In this document: positions 37,291 to 51,648 of the stretch, piece by piece
Numbering within the stretch: position 1 is the stretch's first letter
Layout of the letters: each line of letters opens with the position of its first letter
The notes under the pieces: generated by a model
What the model was told of the DNA's origin: nothing
Database searches by the model: none
The model's input: the letters and a program-made list of their open reading frames with translations, nothing else
Assembly (NCBI GenBank): GCA_964016885.1
Contig: OZ024741.1
Location: 141,918,001 to 141,982,000 of the forward strand
DNA: 64,000 bases
Source: Eledone cirrhosa
Taxonomy: Eukaryota
Direction: 5' to 3'
Position numbers and translations under genes: made by a program

Positions 37291-38821
37291 GACCTATTAA
37301 AGCTGTTAGTTCGAATCCCACTGAGGACATCGTTGCCTTTCATCCTTTCAAGGTCGCTAAAGTAGCATTGCATGGGGATGGATTAGTGGAGGTGTTTGAG
37401 CGTCGAGCAGGATGTTCTGTGGCATCTAATTTGACTCTGGGTGGTCTGAATTCAAAACCTGCCTCTTCCTGGCAAGGTTTGCAAATGGAAACATTGTTTC
37501 CTTAATATGATCGGTTCATTTTCTTTCTTCTGTATTAATTCCACATTGGCGCAGATAACTATCAATGTGGTTTAGTGGTTAGGGTTTTTGGTTCAGTTTG
37601 GGAATATCCCGGTGGCGCGTTGTGTTCGTAAACAAGACACTTTATTTCACGTTGCTCCAGTTCATTCAGCTGGGAAAAAATGAATTCTACCTGTGGTTCA
37701 AAGGGCTAGCTTTGTCCCATACTCTGTTAAGTTGAATCTCCCTGAGAATTACGTTAAGTGTATACTTGCGCGTTGATCGAACAGCTGGAAATACATCGTT
37801 GGAATCGTTGGAACCGACTAAGGCCTGACAACAACAATAACAAATAACTTCAAATTTATTAAAACTTTTCAAGATGAAATAATATTTTTGCAAAGGTGAG
37901 AGTAGTTCAAAACTTGTCAGCTGCAGAAATGATATCATTTGTTTTTGTTTTTGTTTGTTGTTGTGTTTTGTTGAGGTTTCTTTTCTTTTCTTTTTTTTTT
38001 TTAGGAATTTTCATTATTAAAACCGAATAATTTCGCAGGCACAATACAATTGTAATATCGAAGGATGTAAACTTTTCTATTTCTCTATTTTCTTCTTAAT
38101 TGGAGATGGCAAACTTAAACTTAGGTAAATTTAAAATTACAATGTTTTTTTGTTTTGTTTTATTTGATTTTTATAGTAAAAACCTCGCATAAATATATCA
38201 AGGGAAATTCAATTTTATTATTTAACGTGCATTTTGTTTTTTTTTAATTCTTGCATAGAATAAACTTCTGTTTTCATAGAAATCCATTTGAAAATATTGA
38301 TTTTAACTTTCTTTTACGTCTTAATGTAATCAATATAGCTCTGTACATGTACTTGATGTTGGTTTAGCTATGTAATCATTTTCAATTTATTAATTTAATT
38401 GAATCAGGCAAATGTTGTTTTCAATTTACCAGGCAACAATTTTAGAATTATTGTTTAATTTTCTTTCTCTAAGAGAGAGTAGTTTGGAAACACGAAGGAA
38501 ATAAAATGTTAAATTATTTGAATATCTATGGTGTATATAAATCTTGTAAAAAAATACAATTAGTTTATTTAGATAGCAACGGAAACTGGTCACGTAATAA
38601 CAACTTATTGCTGTGAAACTAGTTAAATATCTGAAGAGCGGATAAATATCTCCAAAAAAAACGCAATATTTTTCGAAAAAGTCATAAAACCTTCAAACAA
38701 TTGAGACATTAAACAGATGGATTTTTGAATAGTTTTCTGAAAATAACGATACCAATATATTATAAAATTTAGGATCGATCAGTGTCAGATGAGTAAATAT
38801 ATAAGTCGTGCACTGCTTTTA

Positions 38822-39050
38822 CGGGTTATAAGAAGCCACTGAACCTGGGTTATAAGGTAACAGCAGACACAGGTTATAGGGTGACATTGTAGATGTGTTA
38901 TAGGTCGACAGTGGAGATGGGTTATAGGGCGTCAGTGGAGATGGGTTATAGAATGACACGGGTTATTGGGTGATACTGGATTCGTGTCCTATGATGATAC
39001 TGGACAGGTGTTGTAGGATGACACTGGTCACATGCTCTACAGTGACGCTG
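38822..39050. repeat. Degenerate ~24-bp minisatellite (GGGTTATAGGGTGACAGTGGAGAT-like)
   Basis: About 9 recurrences of ggttatag..tgaca.tgga. Confidence 0.7.
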
Positions 39051-39156
39051 CAATCTATAGTTTATTGACTTATTGGTTTATTTGGCTATAGTTTATTGAC
39101 TTTCATTGGTTTATTCGTATTTTTAATGCTTGACACTATATAAATTACAAACACAT

Positions 39157-39215
<59 letters not shown>

Positions 39216-39894
39216 TACATACATACATACATACATACATACATACATACATACATACATACATACATACGTGCACACATCTATTCATACATGCATGTAT
39301 ATGCATGTGTGTATGCATGCATACATGCACACACACACACACACACATTCATTCATACATGTTGTGTATGTAGGATCTCCGTCAGTTCTGACGACACATG
39401 TTCCAGTGGTTCAAACAATGAAACAGCCTACAAGTAAAATTAAAAAATAAGTAGCAGAGCATCCCACAGACACGTGAACCCTTAATATAATTCTTGAGTT
39501 ACACATGTGATTCAAATACTTGTCACTTGAATTACATGTATAACTCACGTTTTCCAACACGCCTCCGGGAATCGAACTTACGATCTTATGATCGTCAGCT
39601 GAACACCCTAACCAGTAGGTCACTCGCCTTCACAACTTACATGAATACATATATATATATACATGTATGCACACATGCATACGTACATACGTACATACAT
39701 ACATACATACATACATACATGCATACATGCATACATGATGGCTGCCCACTCGTTATCGAGTATGGCTATTGCACGAGAAAAAAAACCATAATAATAACAA
39801 TAATAATAATAATAACAACAATAATAATAACGACAACAACAACAATAATAATATACATATACATATACACACACACGCACACACACATAAGCAT

Positions 39895-42800
39895 ATCTAT
39901 ACACACACACACGATAGCAACTAACAGCGCTGCGATCGAATGTGGCTTTTTAGTCCACCCAATGATCTAAAATATCTTGCACAGAGTCGGCAACCAAAAC
40001 ATTCACTGGGAATAGTCGGCTGTGGTTGGAGTTCATGTACTTTTGCATGTCGCTTGCGCCCTCCTGCTGATTTACATTCTCTACCACATGTTTGGCAAGC
40101 ATGATGAGTAGCATCTCCAACAGCAGCCTGGTAGTCAACCACTGGTCTTACTTTATGACTTCGAAGATGACTTTCGAGTCCAGCTTTGCTTAGGCAGAGT
40201 CTCGCACAGACGCTGCATGTCAGCACCATAGGAGGACCCTCGCCGTCTGGAAGTGCAACAGTGCAACAGCAATGCCCTTCCTCACATACCTCTTTACTTT
40301 CTCGTATACGATTCGAGATGCCTCAAAGGCAACTTTTCCTTCATATACAGTCTTTCTCCATTTATTACGATCAGCAGCAATATTTTCCCATGTATCAGCA
40401 GAGATGTTAGCGTCTTTCAGAGAGGCTTTCAAGGAATGCTTATACCTCTTTTTTGGTTTATGTGGCGGTCGTTTTCCTTTAACCAACTCTCCATAAAAGA
40501 GTTGTTTTGGTATTCTAGAATCCTTCATCCTGGCAAGGTGACCACTCCAACGGAGTCTTTGCTTAAGCACAAGAGCTTCTATACTGTCACACATAGAGCT
40601 TTCCAAAATCTCGATATCACGGATGTGGTCCCTCCATTGAACGCCATGGATCCGTCTGAGACACATCTGATGGAAACTCTCCAATTGCTTAAGGTGGTGT
40701 CGATATGTGACCCAGGTCTCGCAGGCATAAAGAAGACAAGAGAGCACACATGCCCTGTACACCTTTACCTTTGTCCTCCTGCATATGTCTCGCAGACCCG
40801 AGAGTCGCCTTTCTAGCTTTCCGAAAGCATCACTTGCTTTCCTAATCCTAAGTGAGATTTCACTGTCAAGGTTGCTGTATCGATTGACAGTGCTTCCCAG
40901 GTAGACAAACTGATAAACCACTCCTAGTCGTTTGCCATACACATAGATGTTTGGTTCAGTGTACTGCTTACCAGGGGCAGGTTGGTACATGACGACGGTT
41001 TTCTTGAGACTGACAGTCAAACCTAGGGCAGTGCAAGCGTCAGAAAATGCATTCAAAATGTGCTGCATATCACTCTCTGTGTGCGCTACAAGATCGCAAT
41101 CATCTGCATACAAGAGGTCTCTTATGATTGATGTAAATACTTTTGTCTTCGCAGCAAAGCGCCTGATGTTAAATATGCTGCCTGAGGTTCGATATCGGAT
41201 GTAAACACCATGCTCGCAATTCCTGAATGCAATACAGAAAACCATTGCAAAGTATATGGCAAACAGGGTCGGTGCTGGAATATCCCCCAGTTTCACTCCA
41301 TTTTTTACTGAGATAGGCTCCGACATGTTACCTCCGACATTAACCCAAGCCTTCATGTCGTCATGGAAAGACCTAACTAAAGCAAGGAACTTATCAGGGC
41401 AACCAAGTTTCTGGAGAACCTTCCATAATGCATCTCTGTTAACAGTATCGAAAGCCTTTGTCAGATCGACAAAAACCTGATACAGATCCAAGCCTTGTTC
41501 CATGCATTTCTCCTGGAGCTGTCTAGCTGAGAATATCATATCAGTAGTGCCGCGTCCAGCACAAAAACCAGATTGACTTTCAGGAAGAACACAATCTGCA
41601 ATGTGTGTCAGCAGACGGTCCAGAAGCACCCTACATAAAACTTTCCCTACGACAGAAAGCAATGATATACCTCTGTAGTTCCCACAATCATTCTTGTTAC
41701 CCTTTCCCTTGTACAAGACCACCATTACTGCATCTCTCCAGTCCTCAGGCACGGATTCATTATCCCATATCCTGCCAAACAAAGAGTGAAGATGTTACAG
41801 GAGTCTCTCACCACCATATTGTAGGAGCTCAGCATGTATGCCATCCATACCTGGAGATCTTCCACTGTTCAGCTTCGAAATAGCCACTGCAACCTCCACA
41901 AGCGTCGGAGGTTCTGCGAGAGCTACTTTCACAGGACTTTCTGGAATGAGATTGAGGAAATCTTCACTGACGACAGACGGCTGATTCAAAAGATCATCAA
42001 AGTGCTCTCGCCACCTTCGTAGAATTCCTTGTGAGTCACGAAGAAATTCTTTGCCATCCTTGCTGCGAAGCGGTGTCACCAGAGAAGAAGACGGTCCATA
42101 AACCTCACGCAAGAGACTGTACAACAGCTTTGTGTTATTGGAATCAAACGCAGTTTGTATCTCACCAGACATCTCACTCCGCCACTGATCCTTCATCTGA
42201 GAAAGACTCCGCCTAACACGTGATTTTACATCCCTGAGTTCCTCATGCAACGTATTCCTCTCCTGTGGTTTTGCCGTCAAGTAGCGTGACAGAGCACGCC
42301 TCCTATCAGCCAACAAGTCTTCTATATGTACATCATTCTCATTAAACCAGTCCTGATGTTTTCTCTGCACCAATCCCAGAACACGCCTGCCTACATCATA
42401 AACCGACTTTTTAAGGGTCGGCCAATCCTCACCAAGATCTGCAGCCTGCATCTCTTCTTCCAATGTCCTCTTCACATTTTTATCCTTAAGACGAGCAGCA
42501 TTCAATCTTTTGGGCAGGGCAACACCCGGATTTTACGTTTAGTGATTAGTTTCACTTTTGCGCGTACCAGGCGGTGGTCCGTCCAGCACTCAGCTCCACG
42601 AAGAACACGAACACACTGCACATCCTGTCTGTCACGCATCCTAACTAGGACGTAGTCCGAAAGATGCCATTCCTTAGATGCAGGATGCATCCATGTGGTC
42701 TTGAATTTGTTCTTTTGTTGGAACATGGTGTTGGTAACACACAGATCCAGCTCCTCACACATCTGCAGCAGGATCATACCATTGTTGTTACACTTTCCCA

Positions 42801-43320
42801 CCCCATGCCTTCCGATTACATTCCATGTGTTAAAATCCCTACCCACTCTAGCATTAAAGTCACCAAGCACGATGACTTTGTCTGCCTGAGGGATATTTCT
42901 TAAAACACCTTTCAAGGCATGGTAAAAGGACACTTTTTCTTCATCGACAGAATTCATAGTTGGAGCATACACACTCACCAGGGTCGCATATCTTCCTTTG
43001 TCCAGCAGAATTCTCATGGACATAAGACGCTCACTAATCCCTACTGGGAATTCTTCTAATTTATTCACAAGTACAGTCTTAACAGCAAATCCTACCCCAG
43101 CCTCTCTTCTGGTTCCTTCATCTCTTCCTTTCCAGAAAATTCTGTAAGATGACCATCTCCAGCTAACCTCGTCTCAGATAAAGCCACGATGTCAAGATCG
43201 TAACGTCGAAGCTCCTTTGCAACAAGAGCGGTGCTTCGTTCAGGACGCTCCAAGGAATCCCTGTCAAGCAGCGTCCGTACGTTCCAGCAGCCAAGACTAA
43301 ATGCCTTGTTTGGCTCTATT
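39895..43320 (-). mobile_element. RTE-clade LINE, near full length with several frameshifts
   Basis: APE motifs GCWNVRTLL...DIVALSETRL, VYAPT, GDFNARVG and TDH. RT motifs NYRGISLLS, VDLTKAFDTV, LLYADD and YLGS, then LRWSGHLARM. Three C-terminal C2H2-like fingers (39921-40229) and a (GT)n tail. Confidence 0.93.
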
Positions 43321-43322
43321 AC

Positions 43323-43422
43323 AATGGCACGATGACGAGCGGGCCCAAATGGCACGATGACGAGCGGGCCCAAATGGCACGATGACGAGCGGGCCCAAAT
43401 GGCACGATGACGAGCGGGCCCA
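43323..43422. repeat. Four perfect 25-bp tandem repeats at the RTE 5' junction
   Basis: AATGGCACGATGACGAGCGGGCCCA x4. Confidence 0.95.
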
Positions 43423-43619
43423 GGCTGTGATAACCTGGGGCCCCTGCCCTTATTGCCAATTATCTTTTTTGTTCCAGAACCTAAATTGCCAATTATCTCT
43501 TTTATATTGTTCTGGAACATCATTGAATTGGGAAAAAAAAAAAAAGTAATAATAATAGTAATAATAATAATAATAATAGTACACTATTAATAATTATTAA
43601 TGCACTCGTACAATGCCTG

Positions 43620-43885
43620 TGCGTGACGAATATTTTTAATGCGAGGAAAGACTGTGCACTGAGCCAATCCCACTCTCTGAGCGACAGTAGCTATAACCCG
43701 AAAAGAAGAAAAGATCAACATCATCGGTAACTACTGAGCCGCAGGTTTTATGTCGGAGTTAACCCAGTTTCCTGAGATGCCTTCTCCTAGAAGAATGCCC
43801 TGACAAGGGCTAGGGGTTCTTCACTCCCAGTGGTTTAACTGCGCGATCGGGCATCCAGCCCGATTATTTCTATGTCCCCGCGCAA
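43620..43885 (-). mobile_element. Probable RTE-type 5' UTR / non-autonomous repeat, related copy at about 45700-46105
   Basis: ccaatcccactctctgagc...cccgaaaag.agaa...tcaacatcatcgg...gccgcaggtttt is shared between the two loci. Confidence 0.5.
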
Positions 43886-44530
43886 AAAAAAAAAAAAAAA
43901 AAAACTCACTTATTGACACTTATACATACAAACAAACACACACACGCTACTCACACACACACATATATATATATATATATTACCGTCATTACTGATACAA
44001 GATTACAAGATTATGTCAACTGTTGACTTTCAAGAGTTTGTATAGTTGAAGCCGATCGTATTACAGTCCAGTATTATTATAATTGCTTTACAGCATAGAG
44101 TTATGGCTCTCCACGCTCTGAGCTTAAATCCCGTCGAGGTCAACCTTGCCTTTCATCCCCACGGAGTCAACAAAAGAGAATACCAGTGATGCGCTGGGCC
44201 AGTCGCTGGATCTGTGCCAAAAGCAGAAAAATTATTATTGAAGTTGTTTTCTTAAGGCCCGGTCGCTGGTGATGGTGATGGCGGCGATGGTGGCGGTGGT
44301 GGTGGTGGTTGATGTTGTTGTTGTGTTGTGTGTGTGTGTGTTTTGTTATTTTGAGGGGGTTTTTTTGTTGTTTTTTTATTATCTTTTGATGCCGCTGTTG
44401 TTGTTGTTGTAAATGTTCATTTCAGTTCATTCTGAAGCTGTTGTTGCTGTAAACATTAGTGCCGGTGTTGTTGTTGTAGATGTTGGGGTTGAAATCTGGT
44501 CGTTTGACTGAGTGATGTAAATACACACAT

Positions 44531-44565
<35 letters not shown>

Positions 44566-45114
44566 CTCATTCAACAGAGAGTAGAGAGTTTGACAACAGG
44601 TCGATGACTTTAGTCTAGATAGGGTAATGACATGTGATGGTGGGGAGAGAGTGTAGACGTTATTGTGGTGGCGGGGGACAGTGAGATGTATCTAGTTCAT
44701 TTGACCGTTTTCTTCTCTTTGTAAAATTTGAATTTTAGCCATGTTATATTGAGATGTAAGTAAATGTAAAATGTAAAATATAAATAAGGATTGCTCTGCT
44801 AAAATATACTAAAATATTTGTGTAACTTCCACAAACTTCTGTCGTGACATTCCCGAGTCCAGTGACCAACAAATTGTTGTATTTTGATGTTTCAGAATAC
44901 AAAAATTAATTAAAAACTTACCCCACGAAAAGACAGCGTGTGTTGTCCTATCTATAAGCTCCCTCATACATATATACATACATACATACATACATACATA
45001 CATACATACATACATACATACATACATACATACATACATACATACATACATGCATGCATACATACAAATATACATACATATATGCATACATACATACATA
45101 TATACATACATAAT

Positions 45115-45655
45115 ATGGGACATTGAAAAGAAGGTATGCACAGTAGTGGAAGTTAGCTGCCCAGCAGATGCCAAAGATTAGCGAAAAGGAGAACTCATGA
45201 GAAATCTGCAGATACTCCACCCTGACTATACCTTCAGATTTATGTCTGTGATTATTGGGGCACTGGGATATGTTAGTAACTGCCTCAATACAAATCTTGA
45301 GAAGCTGGGCTTCACAGTAACAGAAAGAACACAACTAGTTAGGAAATTACAAGTAGAATCCATTAATGGAACAGTAAAAATATGTAAAACATTCCAAAAA
45401 TGTTGCATCTAATAACTGCATATACACATGTACAGATACAAAGCGTATGCACATGCACACATACAGCTCAAAACATACACATCTACACATACAATAACAT
45501 CCATACCTGCACTAACATGCATGCATGCATGCAGACATGCATACATATCTACCTAGTTGATCTTGGGTAAATTCCAATGAGAGATTCTTGTAACTATGTT
45601 AGAAACCGACTCTCTCTATTGGCAAAAATGTGTGAAATTATACAACCAGAAAAAC
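45115..45655 (+). mobile_element. 3' fragment of an RLE-type non-LTR retrotransposon embedded in (CATA)n
   Basis: LQILHPDYTFRFMSVIIGALGYV...GTVKICKTF resembles the IPVVVGALG...GTAHILRK C-terminus of the Dong-like copies. (CATA)n lies on both sides. Confidence 0.65.
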
Positions 45656-48170
45656 ATACATACATACATACAAACTCGGCTAAAGTTTGATGCACTTTTA
45701 GGCTACGGCCAGCCACACAAACCCGTAACAGATCCTGAACATGCAATGCCTGTGCTTTGAGGGTTTTTTAAGTGGGGAAAGGCCTTGCACTCGACCAATC
45801 CCACTCTCTGAGCATCGAAAACACTACCCGAAAAGGAGAACTGGTCAACATCATCGGATGCTCCGGAAGCCGCAGGTTTTTTTTTCAGAGTTTCTCTCTC
45901 CTAGAAAGGTGTTGTGATAACAACTGGAGGCCTTTCACTTCCATGTGAAAAGAAAGTACTATTTGGATGGTCGTTGACGCTGCTGAGTTCCTCCACCCTT
46001 TGCCGGGTCTTGTATTTCATCCCGCAAGGTGTCCAAATATCACCCTCCTCACCAAGCTAGCTTGGTGGGGTTGCCGGTTTAGTCACCGACGACCCGACCA
46101 TGAGATACATACATACATACATACATACATACATACATACATACATACATACATACATACATACATACATACATACATACATTTTACGAAGCGCCGAACA
46201 AATTTGAATTTTGAAAATATGTTAGGGACTTAAACAAGTATCAACCCTTTTCCGTCAATGAGGGTTTATATGTCCAACTTGTTCGACTATTATTAACCCT
46301 GCATTGTAGTCTACTATAAGCTAACATAGATGCGTGCATATATGCATGCGATGAATACATTTTAGGCTTGTAAGACGAAATAAATTATATGCAGTCTCGA
46401 AGATTCGAAGATTCTCTTCAGAAATTTCACAAAAAACTGATGCATTAGCAATATCGTACTACAGTGGTATTGGTCATATACAGAACTTTACAGAACGTTA
46501 TGATGAACATGAATAGTTAAGTTTTTTTTTCCTTCTGTCACCAAAAACCAACGTTTACGGGAAAGAAGGCGTTAAGATTTCTTTCGGCTTAAAGATACTA
46601 TTTTCTGTTGGAACAATCTAGATTTCTCCAGAGAATATTTTCTTTAATTTTGTAAAAAGAAAAGAAAACAATAAGTGGGTTAGCTGTATAATAAAAAATA
46701 TCACACGGTAAATCGGAAATAATTTCATATGTTGTTACGTGAAAGATTTGGAAAATGTCTTTGGAATAAAAAAAATAACACTAGTATGATTTCCAATTAC
46801 AGTTGCTAGTTCCATAGAAGAAATTAAATTTAGCACCACAATATAACAACGTCAATACAGTGTCCACCAAAATTTAAGACTGATATTAACTATCTGGCTG
46901 TGTGACTGGTATTCATTTTCAACTAAGTTGACTGACTGGGGCAACGTAAAATGAAGGTTTGCTCAAGAACACAACGTGCCGCTCGGCCTTAGCATCGAAC
47001 CAATGACATTATGATCGTAAACCCAACACTCGACCGCACGCACCTACACCTTTATTTATTTAATGCAACTAACAAAATATTCCTGTGCGCATGATGTTAA
47101 CAAGGATTATCAGTGAATTGCGTGTATATGTTGTTTTTTATCTAGAGTAAAGTTGGGTAATCCTCGAATGTATAATTTTACGAATACAGAATTAAAATAA
47201 GCGTGCTTTTAACATTAATCATTAATATTAAGACCACCATATCTTTTTGCCAAGTTACGTTGTAATAACAAATAAAATGCGAATTTGAATTCAACTATGA
47301 AGAAATTTGCATAATTACTAGTTTTTAACTTTTTTTTGTTTTTTGCTCTTTTCTATTTCCTATCACAAAGAACAACGTATTAGAATGTAATAATATCTCT
47401 TTTAATGTATTGGACATCCGTCATTTAAGACGATGATGTTTCAGTTGTTTGATCATTGGATCAAGCCTATTCGTAAAATTAACGCACGCATATAGTTGAG
47501 CATTCGACAAGCATGTGTACTCTTAACGTAGATCTCGAGGAGATTCATTATACGGATGTGTGTCTTGGACCTCCTCCAGTTCTGACGACGAGTGTTCCAG
47601 TTGTTTGATCAACGAAATAGTCTATTCGATAAAATAACACGCAAGTGACAGCATTCCACAAACACGAGTACACTTGGTGGAGTTCCCAGGAAGATTCAGC
47701 GTGACACCTTCTGTGACAAAGTCGCCCTTTTGAATTACAGGTAAATCTCATTTTTCCAGCTAAATGAACAGGAGCAATGTGAAATATACTGTCTTGCTCA
47801 AAAACACAATGTGCCACCGTGGTCGAGTGCAAGGCCTTTCCACACTTAAAAAATGGTTGTATAATTTCACAAATGCCGTACGATTGGGAGCCGAATCTCC
47901 TAACCACTAAAATACGCGCCCTTACATGTCTTTTATGATATGTTCAGTAAATTACGATATTTAACTTCTTCTCTCCATCCTAACAATACATCATTTCATG
48001 GTCAACTCTGCCTTATAGCAGTTATCACATAATACAGTAAGTACCAGTTATACACGGAGATAAATCCACTAAATTAGGACCCCCGCATGCCCCGCTTGCC
48101 CCCGCATGCCCCTCTTGAACCTAAATTTTAAAAATCAATATTTCTCTCTTATTTCCTATATCAATAATTC

Positions 48171-48248
<78 letters not shown>

Positions 48249-50310
48249 TCTATATGTTTCGATCTACACTAATCTTTATCTACAAACAGCATTGGGTTTT
48301 ACAAGCAAATGCCATTAACGTTGCAATGAGTATGTGTATGTCGGAAGTAAAGGGTTTTAGTTACAAGAGATCGATATAAGTAATTTCTTGGTTGGATAAA
48401 CGCAATAACAATGTCAGTATACAACTAATACTCACAGAGATCTTTACTAACGGTCATACAACTAAACTGGGAAGGGTTAACATGCAGCTAAATAGCTTCC
48501 TTTCAATAATATGTTATGAATGCGAAGCTGACAGCTGCTAGATGCTAAGATGTAGGACAATTAATATGGAACAACATGAAACCCATTATTGTCAATTCTC
48601 TATTTTCTTGTTTCTTTTCTGCATGTTTCTTTGAATTGTGGTCTAACATACTAGACTAGGATATTTCATGGAAGACGAATGACTAAACGAAGCGGTAAAA
48701 ATCTGTGCACATCCAGTCACCGAGCGTCATTGAATCAATCAATTGATTATTCATTCAATATTCGTCTTATTTGAAATGCAACTCTAATTGAATAATCCTT
48801 AGCAGATTACATGTTAGAATTATTGATAAAACAGATCAAAACCATTCAAGTAGACAATAAATTACAGAAATCAATTCTCTTAATAACAGTTAATTGAAAA
48901 TAAAATATTCAAAATGTATATATATATATATATATATATATCATGGATCAGATGTGATTAAAAATGTTGGCTTTAAACTTTCAATGTATTATGTGTTATA
49001 CGAATACGTCGGTGTTGGACAAAATACTTTGTGGTATTTAGTTAGGGCTCTTTACGTTCTGAGTTCAAACACTGCCGAGGTCAAATTTGCCTTTCCTCCT
49101 CATGGGGGGGGGGGGGGTCGATAAAACAAAGTACCAGTCAATTAGTGGGGTCGATTTAATTGATGTTCTCCTCCCTTAAAATTACTTGTATTTTGCCTAA
49201 ATTAGACACCATTATGCGTTACCAGAATCAATATGAAACTATTTCGACATTTCTAAAGACAAAAGTATTTTTGTTTGTAATAAGTTGGTATGAGCGAGAA
49301 TATCATGAAGGCTATAAACAATTGTATCGCAGGAGCAGATATGTGTTTTTTTATGTTGAACTTCCATCGGCTTTGAAGAGGAACATTCCAGTCGTTCATA
49401 TAATGGAACAGACTACTCATGAAATAAATGTGTAAATGGTTGAGTATTCCACAAACACGTGTACCCTTAACATAGATCTCAAGGAAGATTCGGTGTAGCA
49501 CAGTTTGTGACAAGTCTGGCTATTTGAATTTCAGGTACGACTCATTTTTTTGGCAGCTGTGTGAATTGTAATATCATGAACTAATGTCTCTTGCTCTGAT
49601 GACACAATTACGAACGTGAGCCGAACACGCCACGCGCCTTCATATTGCACAGGTGCATTTAAGAAAATTTATATAAAGTATCAAATTGGAAGAAATGCTC
49701 CCAGCTCAAACACTCAACTTTATATTACAAGCAAAGAAAGAACTTTTTAAATAACAAATATTCCCTTACAGGTACTTATAAATAGGTACACTTGATTATT
49801 TGAAAGTTATTTCTTCCCGGTCGATGCAACACAGCCCTTGTTACCTGTTCTCTATATCACTGCACATCGTGTCACAATGTGACACTGTAAACTATATTAG
49901 CTATAGAAGCAACAAAGAGGGAAGAAAATTGTACCTTGTGGCATTCGTGCTTTTCTCAATGGCTTTAATAATGTAAGAGAAATAGCATGACTTTAATAAG
50001 AAGTGAAAACTCTTCATGCATCTCAGCTGCCAGTAGCTTTTCAATCGTCCAACATTATTCACTTCATAATCAGGAATCAGGAGAAAGTTTTAAAAACTAA
50101 TTGCAGATTATATCAAAGCAAACACAAAAATGTATTAAGATTGTGTTTAGATTACATTCTTCTTTTATTCTTTTACAGGTTTCATTCATTAGGCCGAGGT
50201 CATGCTGGCACATTGTCGATACCAATACTTCTTTTAGCGATTCCTTTTGCCTAAACGTTAGAAAACATAAACAGACACACATACACGCACGTTATATATA
50301 TATATATATA

Positions 50311-50401
50311 CAGGGTATTCCAAAAACACTTTGATTACCTGTACAGGCAATATTTATTAGAATGCTTTTGAAGTGTGTATACATTTTTGGGGGACACCCT
50401 G
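50311..50401. mobile_element. 91-bp Tc1/mariner-type MITE
   Basis: TA|CAGGGTATTCCAAAAA ... TTTTTGGGGGACACCCTG|TA, imperfect TIRs with TA flanks. Confidence 0.65.
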
Positions 50402-51389
50402 TATGTATATATATATATATATGCACGGCAGGCTTCTGCACTTTCTGTTTCCCGAGCTTCCCCTATATTAACCTATAGCTGCTAGAAAATAGGAGTATTT
50501 ATTTTAACTGCGTACTAAAACTGTAGATTGATTTTGTAGATACGAGTTGTATTATATACGTCATTAGCGGTGTATTTTATGTAAAATATTTTTAACCTAA
50601 AATATAAACTAGACACAGCTTCCCTTGGGCATGATTTTTATTTCAATTTCTTCGCAAAGTTCAGTCTTAGCCAGTCGAGTGAATTCGTAACCCTAATGAG
50701 CATTAAACGCACGAGGAAAGTAAAATAGATGCAACTGCAAATAAAACTAGCTTACGGTTGTGGTTCATTTAGAGGCTCTGTGTAGCTTTAAAACATTATT
50801 TTATCGGAAGAGAAACCGACTTTTCTAGTTTATAAACAATTTAATGAAGTCTCTCAGATGTTTCTTGATGCATAAATATAACACAGTTATGCACATTTAC
50901 AAAATTACCTCTTACGTAAGGGAAATCCAGAAATGATGAAAGTGCTGACATGTTCTATGTTCACGTAAAAAGGTGTGTATAGTTTTTAAATGGGCGTCAA
51001 AAGAAACAACTAGATACGGCTCATTAGAAGGCTATAACTTGGTTCTGGAATCTACCGCAAGAACAAAATAAGGATTTCTAATTTAGACAGAAGGAATTTA
51101 GGGGAAATCGATTATATCAAACTTGAGTGGTACTTCGTTTTAGCGACCTCGGAAGAATGAACTCAAAACATAAACCGATAGACCAAATACTACTAAGCAC
51201 TCTACCGACTTTGCCAATCCATCACCCTGTAAGAAATAAAATTAATCCTATAATTTAAAGTATCGTTTTCTTTTGACTAAGTACGTGAACCATTGTTGTA
51301 GAAGATTTTGTACTAGCATACTACTGGCACTGGTTATTTAAACTCTAAAAGGTTGGAAATGGAATATTTGATCTCGTACCTGTTGTACT

Positions 51390-51648
51390 TTAACCCTTTC
51401 GTTACTATATGCCCCATGAAATATATATGCAATGATTTTAAAATCCTTTTGAAAATACTCAGGAATTTGGAGGGAATTAGTAATACAGTATAACTGACTT
51501 TCTCATTATTAAGTTAATATTTAGAACATAAGTTAACTTTAATTACATAGAATTATGAGGGGGGGGGGGTAAATAAACACTTTAAAACGAGTAGTTTAGT
51601 GTCGTAAAACTAGCGGCGCTTTCAGGCAATCTGATATCAAAAGGATAA
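51390..51648. mobile_element. Possible decayed piggyBac-type MITE
   Basis: TTAA|CCCTTTCGTTAC on the left and a degenerate GATATCAAAAGG|ATAA on the right. Confidence 0.35.

Noticed and set aside
35725-37505. ORFs of 288-377 aa
   Set aside because: Translations of the ATCT/15-bp satellite, not genes.
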